A stretch of 64,000 nucleotides of DNA from an uncultured archaeon (GCA_964558645.1 CAZLEV010000002.1:345350-409349); one strand, 5' to 3'; positions 19,100-30,498 are shown, counted from the stretch's first letter. The notes: generated from the letters alone by a model not told the origin. Numbers and translations are program-made.

Positions 19100-20448
19100 A
19101 ACAGAGCAACCCCCCGTTGCTTGGCAAGATTATACTGTCGGATGATTGTGGGTAGAAAATCTTCGGGGCCGACGTTCACAACCTCTATTCCAAACCTCGC
19201 CAGAGCTCTGGCAATCTTCCTTCTCCGTTCCCACAGCTCCTCAGAAACAGCCTCAGCAAGGACCTTCTCGACTGGACCAAACTGGCCCACCGGAGCCTCA
19301 AACCACGGTCCGAAGGGACTGATGACCTGAGCCTTATGACCATTGGCAACAACAGCCTTCATGGCATTCAAAAGGGGAGCCGGACTCTCCTCAAGGTCTG
19401 TAAGAAATATGAAGAGGGTGCGTTTCCTCGTGTTCTCAATCACATGTGCTACTGCATTCTCATAGTCGCTCCATCCCGTCGGCTCGGCCATTGCAAGTGC
19501 CTCAAGTACATCATACATATGATTGGGCTTCAAACTAGGCTTCACATAGGAGTGGACAATGTCAGAGAATATACAGGCCCCAATGAGGTCCTTGCGCTCT
19601 AGACCCATGTAGGTGAGAAGCACAGCCGCCCGGATGGCATACTCAAGTTTTGTGTTATCTGGATAGCCATTTCCCATGCTACCCGATGTGTCAATCATGC
19701 AGACAACCTGAACATTCTTCTCCATCTCGTACTGCTTCACGATGAGATTGCCACGCTTTGCACTGGTCTTCCAGTCAATCTTGCGGAATGCGTCACCTGG
19801 AGTATACGGTCGAAAGCCAGCAAAATCAGTCCCCATTCCGACCACCCTTGTTCGGTGCGCACCAAACATCAGTCCAAGCTGTCTCTGTTTTCCCAGAGAC
19901 TCCATCCGCCGTACATCTTTCCAAGTGGGATACACCAGAATCTCGGTCTCGGCCTCAAGAGTCCGGGTATAGTAGTGAAACCCAAGTCGGTCACGCATCA
20001 CAACCTCGGTGGGTCCCAAGTAGTATCTGCCGCGGTTCTTCGCCTGTAGAATATACGAGAAGGTTATGCTGCTTCCGGGTTCTATTCTAGAAGCCATGAA
20101 ATTCTCACCAATGGCCAGAATCCATGTCTCGGGATATCTATCCCATACCTCAATGAAGTCGAAGTGTCGTCTTGACTTGTTCCGAATGGTGACCCTCACC
20201 CTCAGAAAATCACCTGAGAATACCTTTACTTTGTCGACCTTTCGATCCACTTCAATACCAGAGATGTTCGCAGTAGTCGCAAATAGAGGTAAGGTAACAA
20301 CTAAGCCTACAATGAGATATACTCCTAGGGTGGTCAAGTAGAAGTTCGAAAACGCAAATCCACTTGTGAGGAGTAGAACTCCTGCAAAGACAACCACGAA
20401 ACCTCTCTCTGTAATCACTTTGGACCTTCTCCAGAACAATCCACACAT
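19096..20448 (-). CDS. DUF58 (vWA-containing) protein
   Basis: FRPYTPGDAFRKIDWKTSAK, MIDAS DTSGS, FLTD. Confidence 0.9.
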   Translation of the reverse strand: MCGLFWRRSKVITERGFVVVFAGVLLLTSGFAFSNFYLTTLGVYLIVGLVVTLPLFATTANISGIEVDRKVDKVKVFSGDFLRVRVTIRNKSRRHFDFIEVWDRYPETWILAIGENFMASRIEPGSSITFSYILQAKNRGRYYLGPTEVVMRDRLGFHYYTRTLEAETEILVYPTWKDVRRMESLGKQRQLGLMFGAHRTRVVGMGTDFAGFRPYTPGDAFRKIDWKTSAKRGNLIVKQYEMEKNVQVVCMIDTSGSMGNGYPDNTKLEYAIRAAVLLTYMGLERKDLIGACIFSDIVHSYVKPSLKPNHMYDVLEALAMAEPTGWSDYENAVAHVIENTRKRTLFIFLTDLEESPAPLLNAMKAVVANGHKAQVISPFGPWFEAPVGQFGPVEKVLAEAVSEELWERRRKIARALARFGIEVVNVGPEDFLPTIIRQYNLAKQRGVALF

Positions 20449-20449
20449 A

Positions 20450-21436
20450 CTATCTTGGACAATCCACTTCTCCCAGAATCTTTGAAACTAGCCTTTCAAC
20501 TGTGAGGCCCTCGAGTTCAGCCTCAGGCTTTAGCATCAAGCGATGATTCATAGTCTGCACACAGAGCCTGCGTACATCCTCGGGGATAACGTAGTTCCTG
20601 CCTTGCATAGCAGCCCGAGCCTTGGAGGCGTTCATGAGAACCAGTGAGGCCCGCGGAGAGCCCCCAAGCAGTATCTGAGGATCATTTCGCGTTCTAACTA
20701 CAATATCACGAATGTACTCTATGATATCCTCGTCGATGAAGACCGTCTTGCATGTGTTCTGCATCTTTATGATGGTTTCCGGATTCGCCAGAACCCTCAG
20801 ATTCTCAGCTTCGCCAAGATGTTTTCGACGGATGACTTCAGCTTCTTCCGTTCCCGTTGGATAGTCTAGTACAAGTCTGAACATAAACCGATCCAGCTGT
20901 GCCTCTGGGAGCGGATAAGTACCCTCCTGCTCCACCGGATTCTGGGTGGCGATGATGAGGAAAGGCTTCGGTAGTGGGCGTGTGACCCCCTCTATGGATA
21001 CTTGGCGCTCCTCCATCACTTCCAGTAGAGCACTCTGCGATTTTGGTGGGCAACGATTAATCTCGTCCGCCAACACCAGATTTGCAAACACAGGGCCCTT
21101 TCGGAACCAGAACTCGCCTGTACTTTGATTGAAGACATTGCTGCCAAGCAAGTCTGCAGGCAGTGTGTCCACAGTGAGCTGAATCCGTCTAAACTCGCAT
21201 CCTAGAATAGATGCAAATGTGCGGGCCATGTACGTCTTAGCCAACCCCGGAACGCCCTCCAGTACAACATGGCCGTTGGACAGCATTGCAATCAGGCAAT
21301 CCGTCAGTATGTCGGTCTTGCCAACAATGATCCGCTGCACTTCCCGTATTATCTCAGTAGTCAAATCGTGTACCTCTTCGATACTCAGCATCTCCGACGT
21401 TCCACCTATCTGCCCACTTGTTTCGTCAACTGTCAT
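20450..21436 (-). CDS. moxR: MoxR family AAA+ ATPase
   Basis: Walker A GVPGLAKT, LADEINR, ATQNPVEQEGTYPLPEAQLDRF. Confidence 0.95.
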   Translation of the reverse strand: MTVDETSGQIGGTSEMLSIEEVHDLTTEIIREVQRIIVGKTDILTDCLIAMLSNGHVVLEGVPGLAKTYMARTFASILGCEFRRIQLTVDTLPADLLGSNVFNQSTGEFWFRKGPVFANLVLADEINRCPPKSQSALLEVMEERQVSIEGVTRPLPKPFLIIATQNPVEQEGTYPLPEAQLDRFMFRLVLDYPTGTEEAEVIRRKHLGEAENLRVLANPETIIKMQNTCKTVFIDEDIIEYIRDIVVRTRNDPQILLGGSPRASLVLMNASKARAAMQGRNYVIPEDVRRLCVQTMNHRLMLKPEAELEGLTVERLVSKILGEVDCPR

Positions 21437-21447
21437 TTCGTGTTACC

Positions 21448-22848
21448 TCACCTTTTTGCATTGATAAGTTTAGATTCGATGTTTCTTACAAAGAAGAAGA
21501 TCTCCATCATCTCATTCTCACCAATCTTCATATCTGGATTGGATGAGATCTCTTCGATTCGCTCGATTTTCTCGAAGAAGTGTTCTTGCTTCAGTTTAGG
21601 ATCTTTATGTTTCATCATCTCCCAGACTCCATGTGGGTCATACTTCGTCCACATATTCTTCTTCATGATGTCCCGACGCAGTTTCCGGTATATCATCTTC
21701 ACAACTCGGGCATAGTTACCCTCATGTCTGTAATAGGACATTCTCTCACTGAAATACGTCTGACCCTTGCGCATGAAGACTTCCGAAACGGCCTTGACCT
21801 CAGGTTTCTTCATGTCAGGAAGATACTTCCTGATTCCCACAGCTGTGACAAGGGGGTACAGGGCCGAGAAATATGGCATTGTTGAAAGCCAGAAGGCCCG
21901 TGCTAGATAGAGACCATAGAAAAACTCCGCAGAGGTTGGGGGTACTTCTAGCAGATGCTCACAGAATACTATCGGAATACTGGCATTACCCCGAGACAAC
22001 CACCGAACGGTATTGCTCGCAAAACGAGCATTGTCTGGCCATAGCCCGATCATGTCATTTGTAAACACACTTGGATCGCTCACAGCGACAATTCTACCTG
22101 TCACCGATGACGCACCGCCAAATCCAAGGTCTATTGCTCCAACAACAGGAAGAGAGCCATTCCATTCTCCCTCACTGGGCCAGGGGTCCTCCTTCTCAAT
22201 ATCAGTTTCACACCACGCACGTTCGGTGGTCCATGCTATACCTGCCAGCCCCAAGGCTGAGCGCGGACTGAGGGCTGTGGCCCAGTTTAGATGCAGACTG
22301 TTCACCCCTTGAGTCAGAGCACCTCCATCGAGTCCTGGCCGCAAGTCAGTTATGACAGGGAGTTTCGGGCTCTTGTCATAGGAATCAAGATCGAGAAGAA
22401 CACCGCCAGTGAATGACAATATGCCACTGACAGGAAACGGACTCGAATCGCCCCATGCATTGGAGATCAGAGTATTTAGCAGGAAGAATGAGTTGTTTGC
22501 AGTACCAAAGTCGTCTGCAATAAGCACGCTGCCGCCTGCCATCAGGTGATCGAATAGAACGAGTACTGCGTCAACACTGAAGTCACGAACTGGCCCCATA
22601 ATCACGAGGACCGCATCACCTTCGTATCGAGTAATCACACTCATAGAAGACTGAATTGCGTGTGTCTCATGCCCTTGCGCCTCTATCTGTTCTCTGAAGC
22701 TGCTTAGGCCATTCCAGTCTTCGTTGTAGATTCCAAAGTCTTGAGGATACGTTTCCGTGACATCAAACGCAGTAGTCGCAACTAACATGCCTACGGGAAA
22801 CCAGGCAAATACGAACAGTATCATCCAGAGTCCGTCTTTCCAGCCCAT
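21448..22848 (-). CDS. DUF4350 domain membrane protein
   Basis: YNEDWNGLS, GGSVLIADDFG, VSDPSVFTNDMI; typical MoxR operon member. Confidence 0.78.
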   Translation of the reverse strand: MGWKDGLWMILFVFAWFPVGMLVATTAFDVTETYPQDFGIYNEDWNGLSSFREQIEAQGHETHAIQSSMSVITRYEGDAVLVIMGPVRDFSVDAVLVLFDHLMAGGSVLIADDFGTANNSFFLLNTLISNAWGDSSPFPVSGILSFTGGVLLDLDSYDKSPKLPVITDLRPGLDGGALTQGVNSLHLNWATALSPRSALGLAGIAWTTERAWCETDIEKEDPWPSEGEWNGSLPVVGAIDLGFGGASSVTGRIVAVSDPSVFTNDMIGLWPDNARFASNTVRWLSRGNASIPIVFCEHLLEVPPTSAEFFYGLYLARAFWLSTMPYFSALYPLVTAVGIRKYLPDMKKPEVKAVSEVFMRKGQTYFSERMSYYRHEGNYARVVKMIYRKLRRDIMKKNMWTKYDPHGVWEMMKHKDPKLKQEHFFEKIERIEEISSNPDMKIGENEMMEIFFFVRNIESKLINAKR

Positions 22849-22881
22849 TAGTATTCACATCATTGGTCGACTCATATTCAT

Positions 22882-25800
22882 CTACTCGGACATTGCTCCA
22901 ACATCTATTCGGGGATAGATATCGGTGAATATACGGACTGCCTCCTCATACTGCTCTCTGGACATCTCGGACCCCGAGAACCGCGCCTCTTCGTAGATAT
23001 ACATGAACTGCTCCGCGTCGGCACTGTCCAAGGGGAGAGATTTGAGAACTCTGTCGAGGTATTCTCGAGCGGTCTCGGAGGCAAGTCGTTCCGAACCTAT
23101 TTTCATTCCGCACATCTGTTCAAAAGTTCTGTACGCAAGTGTGATAGATTGGCCGTACTTACCTGCACCTGCGAGTTTCTTGATATTGCGGAGCTTACTT
23201 GGTATGTCCATTCCCGTTCTCTTTGTGGGACTTCTGAACATTCCCTTCACATAGTATAGGTACAGAAGCACAACAATCACTGCTCCAGCAAGTGCTATGC
23301 TCGGTACCAAAATGTCAATCAGACTTTGCATGAAACCACCTGTATTGGTTTGAATTTGAAGTGTATAAGACCCAACGGTCATGTTATTGGCATCGGAAAG
23401 AATCGTGATTGTGTAAGTGATAGATCCATTCCCTAGTTGCCCTAACCATCTGTGACTGAAGTTCCCGTTGTCATCGGTGACGGCAGTTTCCTCGCGACCC
23501 CCGATGGAAATCACCAACGTACGCCCAGCAATCGGCAACCTCGTACTGCCGCCATCATTGTACAATGTGCCGCTGATTATCAAGTCGTTCCCGTATTGGA
23601 TGCGTTCAGGGGTTGCGTTATCAAGATCTGCGCCTATGAAGACATGAATCGCCCCGGTAGACTGAGCCTCATCACCGTTGATGAAACCTCCACCATCATA
23701 TGCAATATTCACAAAATAGAGTCCACTGGCGCCTGACCAGTCAAGAGGAATGGTGATAGTAATGGTCGTCCAGTTCGGGGAATTAATGCGTCGACTGCCC
23801 AATTCGGTGTCGTTGAGAAACAAGAGCACAGTGCCATCGATTGCATTACCATCTTCGTCGAGAAGACGGATAACGATCCGAATCGTTTCTCCAGGCATGA
23901 CGTCTTCGTTGGTCAGTAGGTCTACAGACAGCTCAGAACGTAGATGTATCTCAACGGTCCAGAAATCAGGACTACTCTCAACATCAACAAGTGAGGACTC
24001 GGCAGTCACGGTTATCTCGTAGATGGCCGGCTGTGCATCTTGGGGAATAATAATGTCAATTGAGAACTCGCCAGCAGTGTCAGTCACGGCGCTCTGACCC
24101 GTGGATGATCCATTTGCATAGACCAAGATGGTTATGTCAACGGCGGCGCCCCCCTCATTGGAGGCTGTTCCAGTGATAGTCAGGGTATCACCGCGCTCCA
24201 ATGTGAAGACTGATTGTTCATCGAGAGTTATCACAACGAGGTCGCGGACCTGCAAGATTTGAGGAGAGGTCTGGGCATCTTCATAGGCATCTGATGGAGA
24301 AACAAACGTGACAACAAAGGGCACCTCCCCCAACCAGTGATCCCATGGAATTTCAAATGAAAGGGTGAAACCTCCACTACTATTTGTGGGCGATGTGGCC
24401 TCCACAGAGCCATCCCAGACAAGTTCGACAGTGTAGCCAACCATGGCGCTTCCGTTTCCAAAGGACAATGTGCCCGTTACAATCACGTCTTCTCCCCGGT
24501 AGAGTGAAGTGGAAATAGAATCGGCTGCGATTGTAACTGGAATGAGCTGGATATCGACAGACATAGAGTCAGACTGGCTCGGACTCACGAAAGAATCAGG
24601 AGGTAGACAATACGCCCAGACGATTGTTGTGCCTAGTGGTGTGGTGCTATCCAGTGTGAAGACATACTGGAAGACTCCATTGATATCTGTCTGCACGGTC
24701 CCGAGGAGGATCTGACCTTCTGCATCAGACGAATGATCCCAGTAGACATCGACATCAACGAAGCCATAGGGAGTTCCGTTATCCAGAACCATTGTGCCGG
24801 TAATATTGAGCGAGTGCTCCCGATATACAACAGAGGGTGTGGCCTCAATCGTCCAGACAATGGTCATGGCACTGATATTGAGAGTGCTCACATCAGACGT
24901 GGTACCTGCAATCCAGTTCTCCGTCGGTTGGAGTTCGATCCAGATGTCATAGATGCCTGGGCTCGTCGATTGTGGAATCTGCCATTGAATGTAGAAGTAG
25001 CCATCAGGGTCCGTTGAAACTGTGCCGACATTGTTGCCATCGAAGATAATCTGTAAGGTCGCATTTGCATATGGGACATCCGTGCCAGATAGGTCGTAGA
25101 AGAGGGTACCATTCAAGGGAATGTAATCGCTGATGTAATAGTCCGTAGAACCTCCTGTCATGAATCCGCTGATCAGGGTCTGCCACTGCTCAAGTTGGAG
25201 AGGCTCATGGATCGACTCGTTGGTAGACAGGAGAAGCGTACCTGCAAAGGTTCCGTATATCTCGATTCCGGTCCATTGTGTGTGCTCCTGAAAGCCCGTG
25301 TAGTTGAGGGTGTGCTCGCCATTCTCATCAGTCAAGATCCAGCCTATCGCATATTCGGTTCCGTTATACCACCATATAGTCACATTCTCGCCCGAGATAT
25401 CTGTTCCATTGGAGAAGTAGAGATGAACATAGATTGACAGAGACTCATTGAGTTTGACAGAGCTGGAGCTGATGCTGATGTCCAGATTCACCAGGTATCT
25501 CTGAGCGTTCACTGTAATCAGGGAGCTCGTGGCATTGGCATCAAGAGGGCTTGTGCTTGTGTAGTTGCACTTGAAGTCGTACAATCCCTCACTCTGGTCA
25601 CCAAGCGTGAAATCATAGAGGTAACGAAAACCTCCCGAAGAGTTTGTCTGGACCGTATCAAGAAGAACCCAAGTACCGCTCTCAAAGAGATAGATTCGAA
25701 CATCGGCTTCTGTGAGTGGTGGAGTACCGCTGCTGTATGTCAGATTCCCTTGGATAACGAGAGTTTCATCCAGATAGACTGCTCCGGGAACGTCCATGCT

Positions 25801-28800
25801 GAAAGTGGGCTGATACAGAACTAAATCGAAACCGACACCGGGCGTGGATGACGCATTGTCCCAGAGCGCCTCGGTCGATGTATACTCCGCCCAGACGGTG
25901 ACAGCACCAGGAGAGTCATTGGCGGGAGAGCAGGTATAGAAGAAATTGAAGAATCCGGATGAGTTAGTCGTCAGTCCATGATACGAGTCTATTGTCCCGT
26001 CCCCCCAGTCCCAGTAGAGTGTCACATTCTCCCCGGCTACTTCAGTACCGTCCAGAAAGGCAAGTTGACCGTATACCCAGACTGTTTCATTCAGATGATA
26101 GGATGTCGAGTTTACGCTGGTGGTCAGAGTCAGCTCATAGGGAATAAGATCCACATCGCGGTTCGCAGACTGAGCATCCGCCCATAGATCAGGTTTGCTA
26201 CTGTTATACGATGCCCACAGGCGCACGGTCTCGAAACTGTCAGTCCCGACGCTTAGATTGTAGAAAAAGGTGAAAGCGCCGGCACTGTCTGTCAGTCTTG
26301 TGAAGTGATATGTCGATGTGGAGTTTTGGTAGGATATGGTGATTGTTGCACCAGAGATAGGAGCACCGTTCTCATCGAAGGTCAGAGTGCCGGAGAACGT
26401 TATTATTTCATCGAGATGATACTCAGTACTATCGGTGTTAGCATTCAGGTTCAGCTGATACAGCTGAAGCGTAATAGCAGGAGTAAGAGTGCTGCTGGAA
26501 TTGCCATACAGCCGACTCCAAGAAGTGAAAGCAACAGTGAGATTCACAGTACTGGGGCCATCAGAGGTGTCAAGCTCGTACGTGAAGTTGTACCAGCCAG
26601 TTGAATTTGTGAGTCGCTGAAATGACTGTTGAAGGGTGCCGTTGTCCCAGTAGATATCAATTGTAGCACCGGAGATTGCGGTCCCGTTTGTGAACTGAAG
26701 TTGCCCCCAGATATACGCGGTCTCATTGAGATGGTAATAGGTGCTGTTTGAGAAGACAGAAACTGCCGTCGGATAGTAAGTGACCGTGATAGGGACATTA
26801 TCTGATATGTCATCAGCGAAGACATCAGAGTCAGGGGCAAATTCTGCCCAGATACTGAAGGTCTCATATCCATGGTCGAAGGGGATCTGATGGGTGAACT
26901 GGTACTGACGGTTTCCCCCGTCCGTCAACACAACTGTCAGATTATGCGGGCCCGTGCTATTGCCCCACCAGATTGTGACAGGTACACCTCCCAAGAGGGC
27001 GCCCATCTCAGGAACTGAAACATTCCCTGTGATATTCACATATTCAAGCGGATGAAGCGTCGATTCATCAACATCTATCAACACTTCGGTGGTCCATTTC
27101 TCAACTGAGATTGTCATATTAGATGAACGACTGCCATCATATTCTGGATCCGACGAGATGAACTCAGACCAGTAGGTCACAGGACCAAGATAACCCACCG
27201 GTACTGTGTAGTTCAGTTCGTAATAGCCGCCATCTGTTGTATCCACTGTCCCAATCAACTGAGGGGTGGTTCCATTGTCCCAGTAGATATCAACTTCCTG
27301 ACCAACAAGGCCAGAACCATTGAGAACATCTGTCAGATAGCCAAAGATTGTGATATTCTGGTAGGGATGGACTACTTCTGGGGCTCGTGGTGTTGAATCT
27401 ATCGTGAGACTGCTTGCACGAATAGTGACTTCAATCTGAACTGTATTACTCCAGTTTCCAAGAATGCCTGACAGGGTAGCTGTCCAGTTGGCCACAGCAT
27501 CATAGGTACCTGTTTCTTGCCCAGCTGGGATGGCATAAGAACCACTGAAGCCACCAGTAGAGTTGGTCAAGTCGGAGTCTACTAACACCCCATCAAAGAA
27601 CATGTTGATGGTTTCGAAACTAAGAGGGGTGCCATTGAGCATCTCGGCACTTCCATCGTAGAGAAGGACAGCACCGGGATATGCACTTGTGGGTGTCACG
27701 GTGAGAGCGATCTCTATCTTCCCCCAGAGGGTGATTGTGGAGTTTTCTGCCGAACGTGCTGGAAGGAGGATCGGGATTCCCTCTTCGTTGTATTCTCCCG
27801 CATAGCTTGACCATACCTCATGTGGACCCGGCGCCATACGAGGGGCATTGGGGTCGACGAATATGTCAAGTTCATACGTGCCGTCCGCTTGGATTGTGGC
27901 ATTGCCCATCCATGTTTCGTCCCACATGATCTGCATCTGGTCGTTGTTCAGGGTTGTCCCATCTACCGGTTCTCCCCCCACCGTCATGAGCCCATGGGCA
28001 TGTACGGTATCCTCCCAAGCTCCGGTGTAATTGTCCAGACCCAGTTTGAGGTTCATATCTATCGTTTCGGCAGGGGAGAAGACAGCATCGGAAGATGAAG
28101 AGATGGGTTGCAGAGGATCCGGCTGAGCGACAACATAAAGCAGAGTAAAGTTTCGAACATCATAGGTTGGGGCGTGGTATGTGGCAGTGATGTTGTGGAG
28201 GCCAGGAGTTGCTCCCGGTTCATAGGTATAGGTGATATTTGCGAGAGGTAACGTTGAGCCCTGCTCAATCATCGTACTACCCAACAGCATGTTATCAGTC
28301 AAATCACGAAAGACAATGAACTCTGATGTGGAGACAGGGACATAGTCAACCATGAGGAGGGCACTCAGAGTGAATTCATCGCCTATCTCTACCCAACCTT
28401 CTGGAACATTCGCCCAGACCCATAGCTGAACATCCCCTTGTTCTACATTCTCGGGTATCTCATCTCCACCCATGTCAGGAGGGAGGGGGATTGGAAGTAT
28501 CTGTCGCCATTCTCCACCTTCTGACGAGTCAGACATAGGGATGAAGACTTCGGCCCAGAACATCATGTGCTTCACCTTGAGAACACGATAGCCGTCCTGT
28601 GCATCACCGATTGCATAGCCCTTTGCGATCCGTGCAGGGATATCCAGGTATCGCATGAAGACGCAATATGCGGTGGCAAAGTCCATGGGTAAACCACCAC
28701 CTCGTTCCAAGAACCAATCAGTGACTTCTTGGTCTGAATCTGGACGTTCAAAGACCTCTGGTTCCTCGATCATGAGTTCGAACGTGCTCCGGAAGTAGCT

Positions 28801-29691
28801 TTCGACAACGGATGCAGTCTGAAAAGCATTATCGCCAACGTCCTCAAACTGAGTGATGTTGTCAATAACCCTTGTTGTCAACGATAGGCCAGCAAGAGTG
28901 GGAAGACCATATGTGTTGCGAATAGAGACCGGTGCTAGACTGCCTTCTAGAGCGCTTGCGGCCATATTGGCGAGATCTTGCTGCTCAAAGGTAATCTCAT
29001 AGCTGATGAGAACATGCTCACCCGTCGGCGCCTCCAAGAGGGGACTGAAGAGCAGAGTACCATAGTCGTCCGTTTCTAGATCATACCGCACCAACCTGGA
29101 TTCTGCATCTGGCTGGTAGCTTCCGGCTTCAACATGTCCCGTTGTGAAGGAGTCTTCGATTACCAGGATTGCGGGAAAGAGGGTGGGTAGTTCTATCTCA
29201 CCAACATTGGGGCCTGCGGTCACGTTGATGACAACGGTGTATATCTCGTTACCAAAGACTTCTGCCTGAGATCGAGTGATGATCTCAGGTCCCACGTCAC
29301 GGATTGAGTCCCCCAGCGTCTTCCCCCAGCTCGAGCCGTCGTATTCGTCGTATGCACCAGTCCGCCAGAGCTGAGGGGGGTGGTCGGGATAGACGTAGAA
29401 GACCACGTCATCTAAGTGATCAAGAATGTCGGGGGGGAGCTCTTGGTCCATGGGAATGTCTGTGTAGTTGACATTCTCAAACCAGTTTGACTGCCCTCCA
29501 GCCCAGCTTATGTCATATGGCCAAGGAGTGACATCATCATACTGCTCATGTGGAGTATTCGTCCGAACTGCCCCCATCTGTATCACAATGAAGGTGTTTG
29601 CGGCCCATATGATTGTCAACAGAAGAAAGATAGAGCTGAGAATGGTTGTGATACCCATCTTACGTTTGGGCTTGACTTCGGCGGCACTCAC
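22882..29691 (-). CDS. 2269-aa surface protein: transglutaminase-like domain, many Ig-like beta repeats, C-terminal TM and DUF4129
   Basis: LWRTGAYDEYDGSSW, DFATAYCVFMRYLDIPARIAKGY, repeated TNSSGGF/TDxxG beta units, SETAREY...YEEARFS. Confidence 0.85.
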   Translation of the reverse strand: MSAAEVKPKRKMGITTILSSIFLLLTIIWAANTFIVIQMGAVRTNTPHEQYDDVTPWPYDISWAGGQSNWFENVNYTDIPMDQELPPDILDHLDDVVFYVYPDHPPQLWRTGAYDEYDGSSWGKTLGDSIRDVGPEIITRSQAEVFGNEIYTVVINVTAGPNVGEIELPTLFPAILVIEDSFTTGHVEAGSYQPDAESRLVRYDLETDDYGTLLFSPLLEAPTGEHVLISYEITFEQQDLANMAASALEGSLAPVSIRNTYGLPTLAGLSLTTRVIDNITQFEDVGDNAFQTASVVESYFRSTFELMIEEPEVFERPDSDQEVTDWFLERGGGLPMDFATAYCVFMRYLDIPARIAKGYAIGDAQDGYRVLKVKHMMFWAEVFIPMSDSSEGGEWRQILPIPLPPDMGGDEIPENVEQGDVQLWVWANVPEGWVEIGDEFTLSALLMVDYVPVSTSEFIVFRDLTDNMLLGSTMIEQGSTLPLANITYTYEPGATPGLHNITATYHAPTYDVRNFTLLYVVAQPDPLQPISSSSDAVFSPAETIDMNLKLGLDNYTGAWEDTVHAHGLMTVGGEPVDGTTLNNDQMQIMWDETWMGNATIQADGTYELDIFVDPNAPRMAPGPHEVWSSYAGEYNEEGIPILLPARSAENSTITLWGKIEIALTVTPTSAYPGAVLLYDGSAEMLNGTPLSFETINMFFDGVLVDSDLTNSTGGFSGSYAIPAGQETGTYDAVANWTATLSGILGNWSNTVQIEVTIRASSLTIDSTPRAPEVVHPYQNITIFGYLTDVLNGSGLVGQEVDIYWDNGTTPQLIGTVDTTDGGYYELNYTVPVGYLGPVTYWSEFISSDPEYDGSRSSNMTISVEKWTTEVLIDVDESTLHPLEYVNITGNVSVPEMGALLGGVPVTIWWGNSTGPHNLTVVLTDGGNRQYQFTHQIPFDHGYETFSIWAEFAPDSDVFADDISDNVPITVTYYPTAVSVFSNSTYYHLNETAYIWGQLQFTNGTAISGATIDIYWDNGTLQQSFQRLTNSTGWYNFTYELDTSDGPSTVNLTVAFTSWSRLYGNSSSTLTPAITLQLYQLNLNANTDSTEYHLDEIITFSGTLTFDENGAPISGATITISYQNSTSTYHFTRLTDSAGAFTFFYNLSVGTDSFETVRLWASYNSSKPDLWADAQSANRDVDLIPYELTLTTSVNSTSYHLNETVWVYGQLAFLDGTEVAGENVTLYWDWGDGTIDSYHGLTTNSSGFFNFFYTCSPANDSPGAVTVWAEYTSTEALWDNASSTPGVGFDLVLYQPTFSMDVPGAVYLDETLVIQGNLTYSSGTPPLTEADVRIYLFESGTWVLLDTVQTNSSGGFRYLYDFTLGDQSEGLYDFKCNYTSTSPLDANATSSLITVNAQRYLVNLDISISSSSVKLNESLSIYVHLYFSNGTDISGENVTIWWYNGTEYAIGWILTDENGEHTLNYTGFQEHTQWTGIEIYGTFAGTLLLSTNESIHEPLQLEQWQTLISGFMTGGSTDYYISDYIPLNGTLFYDLSGTDVPYANATLQIIFDGNNVGTVSTDPDGYFYIQWQIPQSTSPGIYDIWIELQPTENWIAGTTSDVSTLNISAMTIVWTIEATPSVVYREHSLNITGTMVLDNGTPYGFVDVDVYWDHSSDAEGQILLGTVQTDINGVFQYVFTLDSTTPLGTTIVWAYCLPPDSFVSPSQSDSMSVDIQLIPVTIAADSISTSLYRGEDVIVTGTLSFGNGSAMVGYTVELVWDGSVEATSPTNSSGGFTLSFEIPWDHWLGEVPFVVTFVSPSDAYEDAQTSPQILQVRDLVVITLDEQSVFTLERGDTLTITGTASNEGGAAVDITILVYANGSSTGQSAVTDTAGEFSIDIIIPQDAQPAIYEITVTAESSLVDVESSPDFWTVEIHLRSELSVDLLTNEDVMPGETIRIVIRLLDEDGNAIDGTVLLFLNDTELGSRRINSPNWTTITITIPLDWSGASGLYFVNIAYDGGGFINGDEAQSTGAIHVFIGADLDNATPERIQYGNDLIISGTLYNDGGSTRLPIAGRTLVISIGGREETAVTDDNGNFSHRWLGQLGNGSITYTITILSDANNMTVGSYTLQIQTNTGGFMQSLIDILVPSIALAGAVIVVLLYLYYVKGMFRSPTKRTGMDIPSKLRNIKKLAGAGKYGQSITLAYRTFEQMCGMKIGSERLASETAREYLDRVLKSLPLDSADAEQFMYIYEEARFSGSEMSREQYEEAVRIFTDIYPRIDVGAMSE

Positions 29692-29889
29692 CAGGTTTTC
29701 ACTCTCATAGACTCAGCGTGCACATTCTCAGTATGGAGATGGCGGTCTCTGACTAGTCCGGTTCGATGTGTCTTCCTGAGGATTAAAGGATTTCTTGTCC
29801 AGTCTCAACAGCATCGCTGAAGAAGACGCCTACAGAGCGAAAGAGCCAAGAAACCGAGCTCTTGCTAGAAGATAAGATGGTGAAGGTCC

Positions 29890-30498
29890 TTGAACGATTA
29901 TCTTGAGACAATTCATGAGAGAGTCAAAGCTGCATTACAGGGTAACGAGCTGGGAGCACATACCTATGACCATTCATTGCGTGTTCTCAGGATTGCCTTC
30001 AGAATAGGTCATGAAGAAGGTGCTGATCTGAGAGTTTTGTCTGCAGCTGCACTGCTCCACGACATCGGTCGAGTACGGGAGAGGGAGACTGGTACATCCC
30101 ACGCCGTCCTGTCAGGACAGATGGCACGGCCAGTCCTCGAGGAAGCAGGCTATGCAGATGATGAGGTTTCTCTTGTCGTTGACGCAATCAGAACACACCG
30201 CTTCAGCGAAGGACTGACTCCAAACACTCTGGAGGGGAAAATACTGAGTGATGCGGATAAGCTGGATGCTATGGGGGCCATAGGAGCATATCGTGCAATT
30301 GCTCAATCGGCAATCACTGGTGTTGGTATAGAGGGCTTCTTGAAACACGCAGACGAGAAGCTGCTTCGACTCTATGAACTCCTCTACACTCAGACAGCAA
30401 AGCAGCTAGGCAAGCAGCGTCATCGTATCCTGGAGATGCTTGTTGAAGAGATGAGAAGAGAGGTTGCTTCCACAGAACAGACTATGATTCAGGACTGA
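29890..30498 (+). CDS. HD domain phosphohydrolase
   Basis: HSLRV, LLHDIG, HRF, DADKLD. Confidence 0.9.
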   Translation: MNDYLETIHERVKAALQGNELGAHTYDHSLRVLRIAFRIGHEEGADLRVLSAAALLHDIGRVRERETGTSHAVLSGQMARPVLEEAGYADDEVSLVVDAIRTHRFSEGLTPNTLEGKILSDADKLDAMGAIGAYRAIAQSAITGVGIEGFLKHADEKLLRLYELLYTQTAKQLGKQRHRILEMLVEEMRREVASTEQTMIQD

